DNA of 64,000 nucleotides. Source: Octopus vulgaris. Lineage: Eukaryota. Under the pieces are notes generated by a model, which had not been told where the DNA came from, ran no database searches, and saw nothing but the letters and a program-made list of their open reading frames with translations. Location of the stretch: contig OX597821.1 in the NCBI GenBank assembly GCA_951406725.2, positions 54,498,001-54,562,000 of the forward strand. The letters are read 5' to 3'. Shown here one piece after another: positions 51,030 through 64,000 of the stretch. The translations under genes were made by a program, and so were the position numbers. Positions within the stretch are counted from its first letter, which is position 1. Each line of letters begins with the position of its first letter.

Positions 51030-51935
51030 GCATTGTACTCTCGCTCAAGTTCAATAAAGGCAACAATGCATTGAAAGGTGTGAGGAATATTAATGCAGTA
51101 TATGGGGATTGGTCAATAAGCGTAAGTCAGTGTCAATGGTGGTTCCAGAAATTCCAAGCCCAAAACTACTGCCTACAAGATGTGCCTCAACTGAGAAGAT
51201 CTGTAGAACTCAATGAGGACGTCCTACAAACCCTAATGGAACAAAATCTCATCCTAACTGTTGAGGAACTAGTAGAGAAGCTTGGATTTGGTCATTCAAC
51301 CATTCATTGACACCTGTGTGCCATCAGAAAAGTCGGAAAATCAGGTCAGTGGTTTCTTCACAAACTTTCCAAGTCTGATCACATGCAGAGAGTGAATGTG
51401 TGCTCTTCTTTAATGTCATGTCTCATGAATGAGCCTTTTTGGCACTGAATAGTAACTGGTGATGAGAAATGGGTTCACTATAAAAATGACAAGCACTGAA
51501 GACTGTGGGTAGGGAAAGGAGAAACACCAGAACCCAAGGCTAAAGAAAGCTTTCATCCATATAAGGTGTTGTTATCTGTTTGGTGCGATGTGAAAGGTTT
51601 AGTTCACTTTGAACTTTTAAACTCAAGCCAAACGATAACAAAGGAGATCTACTATGAGCAGCTTGAGTGGCTTAAGTCAGTGCTAGAAGAAAAACGACCA
51701 CCTTTAGTTTCAAAATGAAAGGTGATTTTCCATTAGGATAAATGTTCAGCCACATACAGTGAGGATGACATTCCAAAGGCTGGAGCAGTTTGAATGGGAA
51801 ACAATTCCCTACCCACCACATTCGCCGGACATTGCTCTATCTGATTATCATTTATTCCAGTCTTCAAAATCATTTGGATGGAAAAAATATGAATTCTGTA
51901 GATGAGGTCAGAACAGTACTGGAGGAGTAATTTAT
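51030..51935 (+). pseudogene. mariner (DD34D-type) transposase pseudogene
   Basis: FNKGNNA..RNINAVYG..QWWFQKF..IVTGDEKWVHY..HPYKVLLSVWCDVKGLVHFELL..KVIFH*DK..PYPPHSPDIALSDYHLFQS; several stops and a frameshift. Confidence 0.95.
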
Positions 51936-53354
51936 TTAGGAGATAACCCAACACATACACACACACACACACACACAAAGCTAATATTGACTACTTATGT
52001 TGGTTTGTTTACATTTCCCATAATTTAGCAGTTTGGTAAAAGAGATCGATACAGTGAGTACTGGGGCAATTTGTTTGCTAGGTCTTGACCTATAAGCTAC
52101 AATATGATGATTTAAAGAAGTAAAAGAAAGACTATGTGTGTGTGTATGTGATTTGTGAGTGATGAAGCAGTCTGATATTTGGTTATCTCTCAAGTATTAA
52201 CCTAATTGTTATTGTTAATAAGAGCATAAAATTCAAGGTTTACAATAAAATGAGATTTATTATTTCAATTTATTGAAATATAATCATTTGAAACATTAAT
52301 TAACATGCTAAGGTGGACATAATTAATTATGGCTATCGCCATAAAATAACATGTTGCTTTACAAAAGAACTTCTATAAACACAAACAAAAGAAGTTCTAT
52401 AAAGTCAGTAGATTTGCTAGAAATAGAAGCCAAATCCCCTTCAAACAACATGCTATCATTTTATGTATATGTGTACGTATGTGTGAGTAAATGAGGATAA
52501 TTGTACATGGTGGTCTGTTCTGCTTGAAATAATTACCAAATCTTCTCTTAAATCCCACCTCTTACCTTAAGAAATGATATATTGGACAGTGTGTATATAA
52601 ATCCATCTGTCTGTATATAATTAATCTATCTGTCTGTCTCTCACCCTCTCCCACTGTCTCTTTCTCTCTCTTTTCGTGTATATGTGTGTGCGTGTGTGTA
52701 TGTGGACTCACACATTACCCTGGAAAATATTGGAATAGTCATGGCTGGATTGTCTTTATTCATAAGTTTGCTCAATCCGTGTTAACCTAAATCTTATCCA
52801 CATTGTTAACAGAGATGTTATAGAAATCCACTCTTTACTTTCATTCTTCTTATATATTCCATCTTTCTTTATCCCCACCTCCTTCTCTTTCTGCTTCAAT
52901 TTATAATCCACTGACTGCACTTTTTACTCGTGTTATTAAGTTCAATGATTTCATGCAAAGTGAAACGTTTGGCAAATCTACAAGGTTTGCAAATGTTTTG
53001 ACCTCTGCATCATTTGTATGAAAATTCAATAGCAAAAACTGCACTCATTTATTACATTCCATAAAGACTTGCAACAGGAATTAAAAATCATGACAGTTTT
53101 TAACAGAACATGCCAGATTTTATAAGGAAATTCTCAGAATTTGAATGAAACACCAAGTGGAACATGTAATAAATGCACTTGGCAAACATTAAATGTTCTT
53201 TTAATAGAATTAGTTTTACAGATAAGAGAAGATGAGTCTCACCCCTTAATATTAGAACTGATAGTTTTAAAGAAAGGTCAAACAGTTTGTGTGTGTGTGT
53301 GTGTGTGCATGCGTGTGCATGTGTGTGTGTATGTGTAGACATGGGTTACAATTC

Positions 53355-53745
53355 AGTTTCTGTCTACCAAATTCTTTATACATTGATCAACCCAATAGCC
53401 AATATTGGTTTCAAATTTTGACACAAGGCCAGAAATTTTGAGGGAGCAGGTTGGTCGTTTACATTCACCCCAGTATTTAACTGGTACTTACTTTATCAAC
53501 CCCAAAAGGATGAAACGCAAAGTTGACCTCAGCAGAATTTGAATTCAGAATGTAACAATGGATGAAATCCCACTAAACATTTGTCCCAGCACAGTAATGA
53601 TTTTGTCAGGTAAATTCCTTACTGATCAATCTAATATTGATCAACCCACGCTATAGCAGAAAACATTTGCCCAGTGGGTTGCGCAATGGCAGTAGGGTCT
53701 TGAAAGTGAACGATATGATTGGAAAGTAACCTCTTTAGACATACT
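53355..53745 (-). mobile_element. Decayed family 1 SINE interrupted by a family 2 SINE (53405-53610)
   Basis: Consensus fragments of both families. Confidence 0.65.
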
Positions 53746-54068
53746 GAAATATGAGCAACTATTTGTTTAAGTAGTCACCTAAAACCCCTATTCACAACCT
53801 TGATGATAACAACAACAACAGAAGAAGTAACAACAAGAACTGATGATAGTGCTGCTGCCTCCACTGATTATGATAAGGATAATAATAACAATCCTTTCTT
53901 TATCAAACAAGATACATACAGAATGATTCATAAAAAGATCCTCAAAAGACATGGGACAACATAAGTATACATATTCAATTTAGAGCTCCAAGCATAGTTG
54001 TTTGGATAAGAAGCTCCTACTGGAACCGCATGGGGATCAAGGATGGACCAGTATACTCTCATATATAT

Positions 54069-54106
<38 letters not shown>

Positions 54107-54111
<5 letters not shown>

Positions 54112-54295
54112 GAGAGTTTACGAAAAAAAACAAAAGACAAAGACAGGTGGTGTACAAAACAAACAGATGTATTAGTATAACGCTCAGGAATAGAAAAAGT
54201 CTTTTACGTTTTGAGCCTATGCTCTTCTACAGAAAGGGATACACAAAAAACAAGGAGAGAAAAAAATGTGTGTAGTGGCTAACGATCTATCATGG
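54107..54295 (-). mobile_element. Short Penelope-like fragment with decayed HHR (54201-54236) next to (TA)n
   Basis: CUUU-CUGUAGA-A-GAGC(AUAG)GCUC-AAAAC-GUA-AAAG: stems intact, core altered; flanks share ACGCTCAGGAA with family A. Confidence 0.6.
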
Positions 54296-54941
54296 CAACT
54301 AGTGCCAGACAGAAAGGTCAAACACGAGGAGGAAAGTAGGGGAGATAACAAGGTAAAGATGACCCCCAACAAAAAGGTGCCCCCAACATGTATCATATAT
54401 ATATGCCTGTGTATATTCACACACACATATATATATAGACAGACAGACAGATTAGTTATAGGATTCAACAGAATCTAGGCATATAAAGACATAAGATGCC
54501 AGAAATTGCTAGGTACAACAACATAAGGTTGACAAGTAACAATGAAAGTATCAAGTGTTGGTAGAATACTGTAGTATCCTAATCCAGTTTAAATCCAGTT
54601 CAATTCATCCACTTCCAGTACCAAATCTAATTTAAATAATCCAACTCAGGGTTAGTTCTTGGTGTGGCATAGGTATAAATGAGAACCAAAATGGGGTTTT
54701 AAAATCACAATAATAGTTCTGGTATAATATATTCATACATTACATCATAACATATAACCGATTATCTTCAGGTAAAATATTAAACCAGTATCAAACAAGA
54801 ATGATGCATCGACAGTCAAGAATCCAACCAACATTGATGGATAAATGATATTTCGAAAATAACATTCGAATTTATTAAGAAATTAGAAGTGGCTTTCACA
54901 GGCATATGAGAAGCTGTTAAAGTTAAATTTGGCAAATACTT

Positions 54942-55348
54942 ACTCTTTTACTCTTTTACTTGTTTCAGTCATTTTGACTGGCCATGTTGGAGCATAACCT
55001 TTAGTCGAGCATATCAACCCTAGGACTTATTCTTTATAAGCCTAGTACTTATTCTATCGGTCTCTTTTGCCGAACCGCTAAGTTACGGGTATATAAACAC
55101 ACCAGCATCAGTTGTCAAGCAATGTTGAGGGGATACACAGACAGACAAACATATGCACACACACATACATATATATTTATATACGATGGGCTTCTTTCAG
55201 TTTCTGTCTACCAAATCCACTCACAGGGCTTTGGTCAGCCCGAGGCTATAGTAGAAGACACTTGTCCAAGGTGCCATGCAGTGGGACTGAACCCGGAACC
55301 ATGTGGTTGATAAGCAATCTACTTATCACACAGCCATTCCTGTGCCTA
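54942..55348 (-). mobile_element. SINE family 1 copy
   Basis: Full-length consensus match. Confidence 0.9.
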
Positions 55349-55350
55349 TA

Positions 55351-55407
<57 letters not shown>

Positions 55408-55867
55408 ATTTATATATATTTTGTTTGTCTGCATCACTGTCTCCATATCATCTTGCCTGAATTTCTCTTACAGTCACTCTTTACCCCATGGACCTAGTCC
55501 TACATAAAGACTTTGAAGTTTAAGTTCTAATCTTTTGAGCACTATTATGTGTTTTCTATATTGAGCATCTTTAGCTCTTATCATTTGGCTGTATATATGC
55601 ATGTATATGTATGAATGTGTGTGTGTGTGTGTGATTAACTGGGTGGGGCAACAATAGTAGTAGTTAAGGAAACAATGTAATACAATGTATTAAGGCAAGT
55701 TAAAAATTTAGCAGTCAAAACAAACACTCATAAAGAGATATGACACTAACGCAAGAATTGTAATATTTTTTCATTCTTATTTCTTTATTGCCCACAAGGG
55801 GCTAAACATAGAGGGGACAAACAAGGACAGACAAAGGGATTAAGTCGATTAAGTTGATTAACCACCT

Positions 55868-56172
55868 TCGGTTGTCAAGCGATGTGGGTGTGGGGGCAAA
55901 CACAAACACACAAACATATGCACACACATACATATATATATATATGTATGTATGTATATATATGCATGCGTGTGCACTGTTGGCGATTTTTTCCTCCGTC
56001 TTCCGTTCCTTGGATCTTTCCTTTCCTATGTTTCTGACGAAGAACTCTGCTCGAAACGTTAAATCTTCCTTCTTTTTTTTCCTTTCCTGAGCATCCAATA
56101 ACACTATACTTGTTCCACATCCTCGTGTTGTTGTGTTTTCTCTTTGTGTTTTCATGTTTGGATTAACCTTAT

Positions 56173-56216
<44 letters not shown>

Positions 56217-56380
56217 GATGGGCTTCTTTCAGTTTCTGTCTACCAAATCCACTCACAAGGCTTTGGTCAGCCTGAGGCTATAGTAGAAGACACTTGCCCA
56301 AGGTGCCATGCAGTGGGAATGAACCCAGAATCATGGGGTTGGTAAGCAAGCTACTTACCACACAGCCACTCCTGCTCCTA
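55868..56380 (-). mobile_element. SINE family 1 copy interrupted by an HHR family A element (55969-56169)
   Basis: The insert is the reverse complement of 15841-16040 and sits in the SINE TA tract. Confidence 0.85.
56031..56063 (+). ncRNA. Minimal type I hammerhead ribozyme motif (family A, stem II mismatch)
   Basis: UUU-CUGACGA-A-GA(ACUCUGC)UC-GAAAC-GUU-AAA. Confidence 0.65.
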
Positions 56381-56452
56381 TTATCAATTGGCTCAGGAGA
56401 AATAAGCTCATAAAATTATCAGTTTTCCTGCTTTTCTTTTCTATTTGTTTAA

Positions 56453-56673
56453 CCCTTTAGCATTTAGATTATTCTGTCAAATGCAGTACTTATTTATTCA
56501 CACTGTTTTGCTTAAATCTTGCATTCTTTTGTCATTTTGAGATTTTGATGATATAACTGTTTATTTTTAAAATTTACATTGTCGGGTTGGTGTGAGAGGC
56601 CAGATCTGGCTGGTTTGATTATAAAATAGCAAGAATACTTTGAATGGACATGGCCAGTTTAAATGCTAAAGGG
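56453..56673. mobile_element. piggyBac-type MITE
   Basis: TIR CCCTTTAGCATTTA/TAAATGCTAAAGGG flanked by TTAA on both sides. Confidence 0.85.
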
Positions 56674-56811
56674 TTAAATTATCTCTGTAAAATTTAGACA
56701 AGCATATTCACTGCTAATATCATTGTAGCTAGCTCTTCCTCCCACTACTGAAAGAGCAAATATATTAAACAACCAACAAATAAAGGCAAAATGGAAGTTT
56801 GTGAAAGGTTT

Positions 56812-56844
<33 letters not shown>

Positions 56845-57263
56845 GTATATATGTTCACAAACTTATACAATGAAATATCTATGAATGTTCCTCATTTTTC
56901 CAAAATGCATTAGTGGTGTAAAAAACAAAACTAACAAAAACCAATTTCCTTCAAGTACTTTTGGAAGAAATCATCATCTCAGAAGAGCTTTGTGGAATAT
57001 ATTTACCCACAACAAAATGATTGGTTTTAAAAATTAACAACAACAACAACAACAACAACCCTTTCCATTATAGGCACAAGGTCTGAAATTTTGCGAAAGG
57101 GAAAAAGTCGATCACATCAACCCCCTTACTGAGTAGAATTGGAACTTAGAATGTAAAGACGTATGAAATACTGCTAATAATAATAATAATAATAATAATG
57201 ATAATAATGACAATGATAATGATAATAATAATAATGATAATGATAATAATAATAATGGTAATG

Positions 57264-57312
<49 letters not shown>

Positions 57313-57556
57313 CAACACCAGTAATAACAATAATCCTTTCTACTAAAGGTAGAAAACCTGAAATTTTGGTGGGGGTGGGTGCTAGTTGATTACCTCAACT
57401 CCAGTGCTCAACTGCTACTTATTTTATCAACCCCAAAAGGACAGAAGGTAAAGTTGACCTCAGCAGCATTTGACCTCTGAACATAAAGACTGACAAAATA
57501 CTTAGCAGTATGCTAATGATTCTGCTAGCTTGCTACCTTATTATTACTACGACTAC

Positions 57557-57610
<54 letters not shown>

Positions 57611-57829
57611 AGCGGCAAGCTGGCAGAATCATTAGCACGCCATGTGGAATGCTTAGCCGTATTTCATCTGCTGCTAAATTCTGAGTTCAAATTCCATCAA
57701 GGTCAACTTTGCCTTTCATCCTTTTGGGGTCGATGAAATAAGTACCATTTTCACACATTATTGACTAGCCCCCATCCTCCAAAATTTTCAAGGCCTTGTG
57801 CCTAGAATAGAAATAATAATAATTATTAT

Positions 57830-58240
57830 CGATCAACATCAATGGAAATTGTAGCTGTGTTACCAGTGCCGGTGGCACATAAGGGAACCATCCGAATGAG
57901 GCCATTGCCAGCCTCGCCTGGCCCCCATGCCGGTGGCACGTAAAAAGCACTATCTGATTGTGGCCACTGCCAGGCAAAAGGCTGGCAACGGCCGGTGGCA
58001 TGTAAAAAGCACCATCCGACCGTGGCCGTTTGCCAGCCCCATCTGGCACCCGGTAGCACATAAAAAACACCCACTACACTCATGGAGTGGTTGGCATTAG
58101 GAAGGGCATCCAACCGTAGAAACATTTCCAGATCAGACTGGGTCTGGTGCAGCCTTCTGGCTTCCCAGACCCCAGTTGAACCGTCCAACCCATGCCAGCA
58201 TGGAAAGCGGACACTAAATGATGATGATGATGATGATGAT
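57830..58240 (+). mobile_element. Young RTE-related SINE with internal tandem repeats
   Basis: Repeated GCCGGTGGCACGTAAAAAGCAC units, GGAAGGGCATCCAACCGTAGAAAC, CCATGCCAGCATGG hairpin and (GAT)n tail. Confidence 0.8.
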
Positions 58241-58826
58241 TAATATTAGGTGGTGAGCTGGCAGAATTGTTAGCACACTAGTTAAAATGCATAGTGGTAT
58301 TTCATCTGCTGCTATGCTCTCAGTATAAATTCCACCAAGGTCAACTTTGCCTTTCATCTTTTCAGGGTCAAGTACTGGGGTTGATGTAATCTACAATATT
58401 CCTCCCCACAAATCCCAGGCCTTGTGGCTATAGTAGAAAGGATTATTATTACTATTATTATTATTATTAAGCATTGAGCTGGCAGAATTGTTAGCATGCC
58501 AGGTGAAATGCTGAGTGGTATTTCATCCATCTTTATGTTCTGAGGTCAAATTCTGCCAAGGTCAACTTTGCCTTTCATCCTTTCAGGGTCAATGAAAGAA
58601 GTACCAGTTACACATTGGGTTCGATGTAATTGACTAGCCCCATTCCCCGAAATTTCAGGCCTTATGCCTTTAACAGAAAGGATTATTATTATTAATTCCA
58701 CCAACGTTGACTTTGCCTTTCATCCGTTTGCGGTTATTGAAATAGTCACCAGTTAAGCACTGGGGTCAATATAATCGATTTGTCCCCTCCCTGCAAATTT
58801 CAGACCTTGTGCCTATAGTAAAAAAG

Positions 58827-58871
<45 letters not shown>

Positions 58872-59355
58872 ATCATTATCATTATCAAGGCAGTGAGCTG
58901 GCAGAATCATTGGCATGTCAAGCAAAATGCTTACCATCATTTATTTTTGTCTTTACACTCTGGGTTCAAATTCCATCAAGGTCAACTTTGACTTACATTC
59001 TTTTGGGATTGATAAATTAAGTATCTGTCAAATACTGGGGTCGATGTAATAAACTATTTCCCTCCCCATAAATTCCAGAGCTTGTGCCTATAGTAGAAAG
59101 GATTATAATAATGATGATAATAATAATAATAACAATAATCTTTTCTACTAAAGGCACAAAGCCTGAAATTTGGTGGAAGGAGACTAATCAAAATCATCAA
59201 CTCCAGTGTTTCACTGATATTTAATTTATTGACCCTGAAAGGATGAAAGGTAAAGTTAACCTCGGCAGGATTTGCACCGAGAATGGGAAGGTGGACAAAA
59301 TGCCGCTAAGCATTTTGCTCAGTGAGCTAACACTTCTGCCAGCATGCCACCTTAA

Positions 59356-59567
59356 CCCTTTCGTTACCGTTAAAGCGGCTCTGGTTCTTAGTACAAATGT
59401 CTTGTTTTTCATAAGTTTTGAATTAAAATCTTCCACAACCTTAGACACAATTTATGTTCCTAACACTAGCTGAATGATCACTAAGTTATTTTACTAAATT
59501 CTTGGTTATATTTAAGGTAATTGAAAACAAAACAGAGTATCTCAGGATATATACAGTAATGAAAGGG
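59356..59567. mobile_element. piggyBac-type MITE (second family)
   Basis: TIR CCCTTTCGTTAC/GTAATGAAAGGG with TTAA on both sides. Confidence 0.85.
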
Positions 59568-59837
59568 TTAAATAATAATAATAATAATCATAATAATAAT
59601 AGTTTCAAATTTTGCCACGAGAGCAGCAATTTTGGGAGAGATGAGTCGATTACATCAACCCCAGTGTTCAGCTGGTACTTATTCTATCAGCCCCGATAGG
59701 ACAAAAGGTAAAGTCAACCTCAACAAGATTCCAAGACAGAACATAACGACAAGTGAAATACTGCTAAGCATTTCGTCTGGTGCACTAACAATTTTACTAG
59801 CTCACCGCCTTAATAATAATAACAGCAATAATAGATG

Positions 59838-59891
<54 letters not shown>

Positions 59892-60461
59892 GTAGTAGTA
59901 ATAATAATAATAATTACTGCTAATGATTGGGGAAATTAGTGTCAGACTGAATGGTGATTTGATACCAAATCCCAGATGCGAAATTTCTTACTTAGACTAT
60001 GTGAAGCATCTCTATGTTTTAAGCTAATGGTACAATGGAAGTTTGGATTTTTAACAAAAAAGACCCATAAATATACTCCCCAATAAATAAACTGTAACAG
60101 ACAAAAATGTAGACAATAGACAAAGAAAATATCTAAGATTCTTCTAAAGTAAATTAAATCAATTGAAAATTTTGCACAAGAATTTACATAAAAAATACGT
60201 TTCTGATTTATAATTTTGGTTTGTTTTCCATTGTTTGGTAGCAGTGGTTGGTTTCCAGTTCAATTTGTCAAGGAAGTAAAACTGAAATGTGTGTGCGTGT
60301 GTGTGTGCATGAATGTGATTATATGTGATATGTGTGTCTGTGTCTGTGTGTGTGCATTTATGTGTGTGTTGTTTGTATATGTGTGTATATAAATTTAGCT
60401 AGATAGACAGACGTACATATACATGTATAATTATGTGTATGTATATGTGTGTGTATGTGTA

Positions 60462-60493
<32 letters not shown>

Positions 60494-61136
60494 CACACAG
60501 ATATATATATATATATGCATGGGTAACTATTTGCTCACTATGAATATGTTTCATCTATGTTTTTGCTTTTCTATCTATCTATTTATCTATCTATCTATCC
60601 ATCTATCTATCTATCTATCTATATCTATCCATCTATCTATCTATCTACACACACACACATGTGTGTGAAAAGGAATAAAATGAAATAATAACAGTGGATT
60701 AAGTAAATCCTTATTTTTGTTGTTACTATTGCTGTTGTCATAAAAAACTATCAGAAAATTTATTTCCATTTTGACAACTGGAAAAAACATTAAAAAAAGT
60801 AAGTATTTTTAAAAAATGCAAAATTGAAAATAAAAGTATTTCAATTTTTCAATATTATTAATAAAATTTCAAGATAAAAACATTTACTGTCTTTCTCAAA
60901 AATTATTGTCTATGTTTATTACATCAAATATGTTATATATATTTCCACACCGTTTTCAGAGAAATCTAGTGTTATGTAATGCAGAAATGTGCCATATATT
61001 CTTAAGTTTCAAAGCCAGTGTAATCTCCATTTCAGACTAGAGTATCATTCACCTGCCTTAGTATTTGAATGAACCCTCTGATGAAGTCCCTGACATCACA
61101 ACAAAAGTGTAAATCCTAAAACTAAATCAGTAATAT

Positions 61137-61696
<560 letters not shown>

Positions 61697-61711
61697 ATAT
61701 ATATATATATA

Positions 61712-62600
61712 TTAATAAATCTTAAGGTAGCAAAAAAATTTAGAAAAATTCTTTGCAACTAGTGGTCTAGTGAAAAAGAAAAACTAGTCAATAGACTATA
61801 TATTATTCATATAAAAATACAGTGTACATTTAAACACATAAGAGATGACCATAACAGGACATCTGACTCACTAGAAAGAGTAGTTAAACTACAAACCACA
61901 AATAGTTGTAATTTTGAAAGGGAATGGAAAATAAAAAAAACATTTACCCAATTTTTCCTGTTTTTTCCTATTTTTTATTTTTTATTTTTCATTCCCTTTC
62001 AAAATTACAACTATTAGTGGTTTGTAGTTTAATTACTCTTTCTAGCGAGTCAGATGTCCTGTTATGGCTATCTATTATATGTTTAAATGTACACTGTATT
62101 TTTATATGAATAATATATAGTCTATTGACTAGTTTTTCCTTCTCGCTAGACCACTAGTAGAAAAGAATTTTTCTAAATTTTTTTGCTACCCTAAGATTTA
62201 TTAATTAATGATAAAAGGATTTTAGCTAATTTTGAAGGAAAATCGGCACTTATATCTGCTGCCAAAAAAACCGCGCATGCATGGTGGATTTTGAAAAGTT
62301 ATAACATATAAACACGAGGCATGTTCTTTATCGTCTTGTATTTATATGTTAGCCTTGGCTTCCTGCTGAAGAGAGCTTCGCCTTATCATAAATTATTTTT
62401 TTATTTACAAAAGATTGCTTGAAACTATGCATAGTCCAGGAAAAATAGGGTAAATGTTTTTTTTATTTTTCATTCCCTTTCAAAATTACAACTATTAGTG
62501 GCTTGTAGTTTAACTACTCTTTCTAGCGAGTCAGATGTCCTGTTATGGCCATCTCTTATGTGATTGAATGTACACTGTATTTTTATATGAATAATATATA
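61712..62600 (+). mobile_element. HHR family F element: inverted arm plus partial tandem of a ~481-bp non-coding monomer
   Basis: 61712-61960 is the reverse complement of 61978-62204 extended by the sequence seen at 62437-62460; 62460-62600 directly repeats 61979-62119; both ends lie in TA tracts. Confidence 0.85.
62360..62442 (+). ncRNA. Type I hammerhead ribozyme motif (best example)
   Basis: UUCCUG-CUGAAGA-GAGC(40-nt loop)GCUU-GAAAC-UAUGCAUA-GUC-CAGGAA; 6-bp stem I, 12-nt palindromic helix III ACUAUGCAUAGU, canonical GUC site. Confidence 0.9.
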
Positions 62601-62689
62601 TACATATACATTTGATGCTTAAAAATTAGTTTTATAGAAACTTCTTTCAAAATTCCTCTTTAGTTTTTCGCACATTAATTTCTGTAGGT

Positions 62690-62854
62690 TGAACTATGTA
62701 AATTGTCAAAGAAAGGAGCTATTTCTTGCAATACATACCAATACATACGTTTAAATACTATTGCGAATCCCCAATTTACTGTTTTATTGTGTGAACCCCA
62801 CAAAAACTTATGTTGACCCTCGGGGGGCATACGGCCCCCAGTTGAGAACCACTG
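62690..62854. mobile_element. hAT-type non-autonomous element end
   Basis: Ends GGCCCCCAGTTGAGAACCACTG (reverse complement CAGTGGTTCTCAAC, a typical hAT terminus). Confidence 0.6.
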
Positions 62855-63341
62855 CTCTGCTCTTTTTTGCTGATTCCTCTCATTTAACTATGGCCATGCT
62901 AGAGCACTGCTTGAAATGATTTTAGTTAGTTATATCAATCCCAGTTTATTTAATTTTAGTATATATCTTTTCAATCTTTAACTGTGAAGTTATAGGCTAC
63001 AAAGGGAAACAACATAAACACAGATATGTTATTAGACTGAGGAAAATAGAAACACACACACACACACAGATGCAAGCACACAGGAACACACATACTGACA
63101 TATATATTGAGTTCATCAGTGTTTCCTTACAAAAAGACCATTTATCCTGGTTGTTCAGCATCCTCTGAACTAGTTTAATAGTGCTGAATAATCGTATTAA
63201 ACAAACTGTTTTTAAGAAAACACTGTTTGTCACTGTTATTGAGATTTTTTTCTGAATTGTAGATTCCTTGGTTGAGTGATGTAGTTTTGCAAATATTAAA
63301 GACGTGAAAGTTAAAATGAGAAAAACTTAAACAACAAGCAT

Positions 63342-63672
63342 ATGAGTGGCTGTGTGGTAAGTAGCTTGCTTACGAACCGCATGGATCTGGGTTCAGTCCC
63401 ACTGCGTGGCACCTTGGGCAAGTGTCTTCAACTGTATGTATGTGTGTGTGTATACATTTGTGTGTCTGTGTTTGTCCCCTCAACATCACTTGACAACCGA
63501 TGCTGGTGTGTTTACATCCCCGTAACTTAGCGGTTTGGCAAAAAAGACCGATAGAATAAGTACTAGGCTTACCAAGAATAAGTCTTGGGGTTGATTTGCT
63601 CAACTAAAGGCAGTGCTCCAGCATGGCCACACTCAAATGACTGAATCAAGTAAAAGAGTAAAAGAGTAAAGA
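63342..63672 (+). mobile_element. SINE family 1 copy (internal deletion)
   Basis: Consensus match; it faces a decayed opposite-strand copy at ~63712-63905. Confidence 0.9.
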
Positions 63673-64000
63673 GTAACAAATCAATCAAATTGAATATTTT
63701 TTCTTTTATCTCTGACTTGTTCCAGTCATTAGAGAGTGGCCATACTGGAGTACCACCTTGAAGCATTTTAGCTGTGAGAATCAACCTTTTGCTTATTCTA
63801 TTGGTCTCTTATGCCAAACCACTAAGTTATGGGGACATAAACACACCAGCACTGGTTGTCAAGATGTGGTGGGGGTAACAAACACAGATGCAAAGACACA
63901 CATATACATGTGTGGCTGTGTGTGTGAGAAAATGCATACACTTCTCATTTCATCTTGTTAAACTAGTAATCCCTACATATTTTTTCTCTCTCTCCATTTT

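Larger units (their letters stand above)
48450..51040 (-). mobile_element. Gypsy LTR retrotransposon with both LTRs, PBS, PPT and deleted gag-pol
   Basis: 3' LTR 48450-49177 (TGTT...AACA) with adjacent PPT AAAAGGTGAGA; homologous 5' LTR 50794-~51040; PBS TGGCGACAAGG (50791-50781); RT KIRLCADFSTGLN..HPLPTSEDI..IFSKFDLSEAYLQI..INTRRGLY and FQQIMDTML..YLDNILI; gag-like 50298-50540. Confidence 0.9.
57058..59812. mobile_element. Cluster of ~9 family 2 SINE copies separated by (AAT)n/(ATT)n
   Basis: Copies at ~57060(-), 57330(-), 57610(+), 58247(+), 58470(+), 58695(+), 58887(+), 59135(-) and 59600(-). Confidence 0.85.

Noticed and set aside
61074-61105. CTGATGA followed by a small GTC/GAC hairpin
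   Set aside because: There is no GAAA and no closing stem I, so it is not counted as a hammerhead.

Overview
AT-rich eukaryotic (animal) DNA, almost certainly intronic or intergenic, saturated with microsatellites and decayed transposable elements. The SINE complement and (TA)n/(AAT)n/(CA)n load suggest an octopus or other coleoid genome; this is inferred from memory, not checked by search. No host protein-coding gene can be called. Most ORFs in the track are microsatellite or SINE read-throughs, and the real coding remnants are TE pseudogenes: mariner/Tc1, hAT, probable Chapaev3, Helitron, Gypsy, RTE, CR1/L2-like and Penelope GIY-YIG. The main unexplained signal is a set of type I hammerhead ribozyme (HHR) motifs: 8 with intact catalytic cores and about 5 decayed. 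They come from several unrelated short non-coding elements that insert mostly into (TA)n/(AAT)n tracts, often as foldback inverted repeats. One decayed HHR lies just 3' of a Penelope GIY-YIG ORF remnant. In another element the inverted arm ends exactly at the predicted self-cleavage site, and the monomer period is about 481 bp, which is retrozyme-like. Also present are two local templated insertions, a nested Gypsy/Penelope/Helitron/mariner cluster and a SINE pile-up in AAT repeats. Element boundaries are approximate unless termini are quoted.
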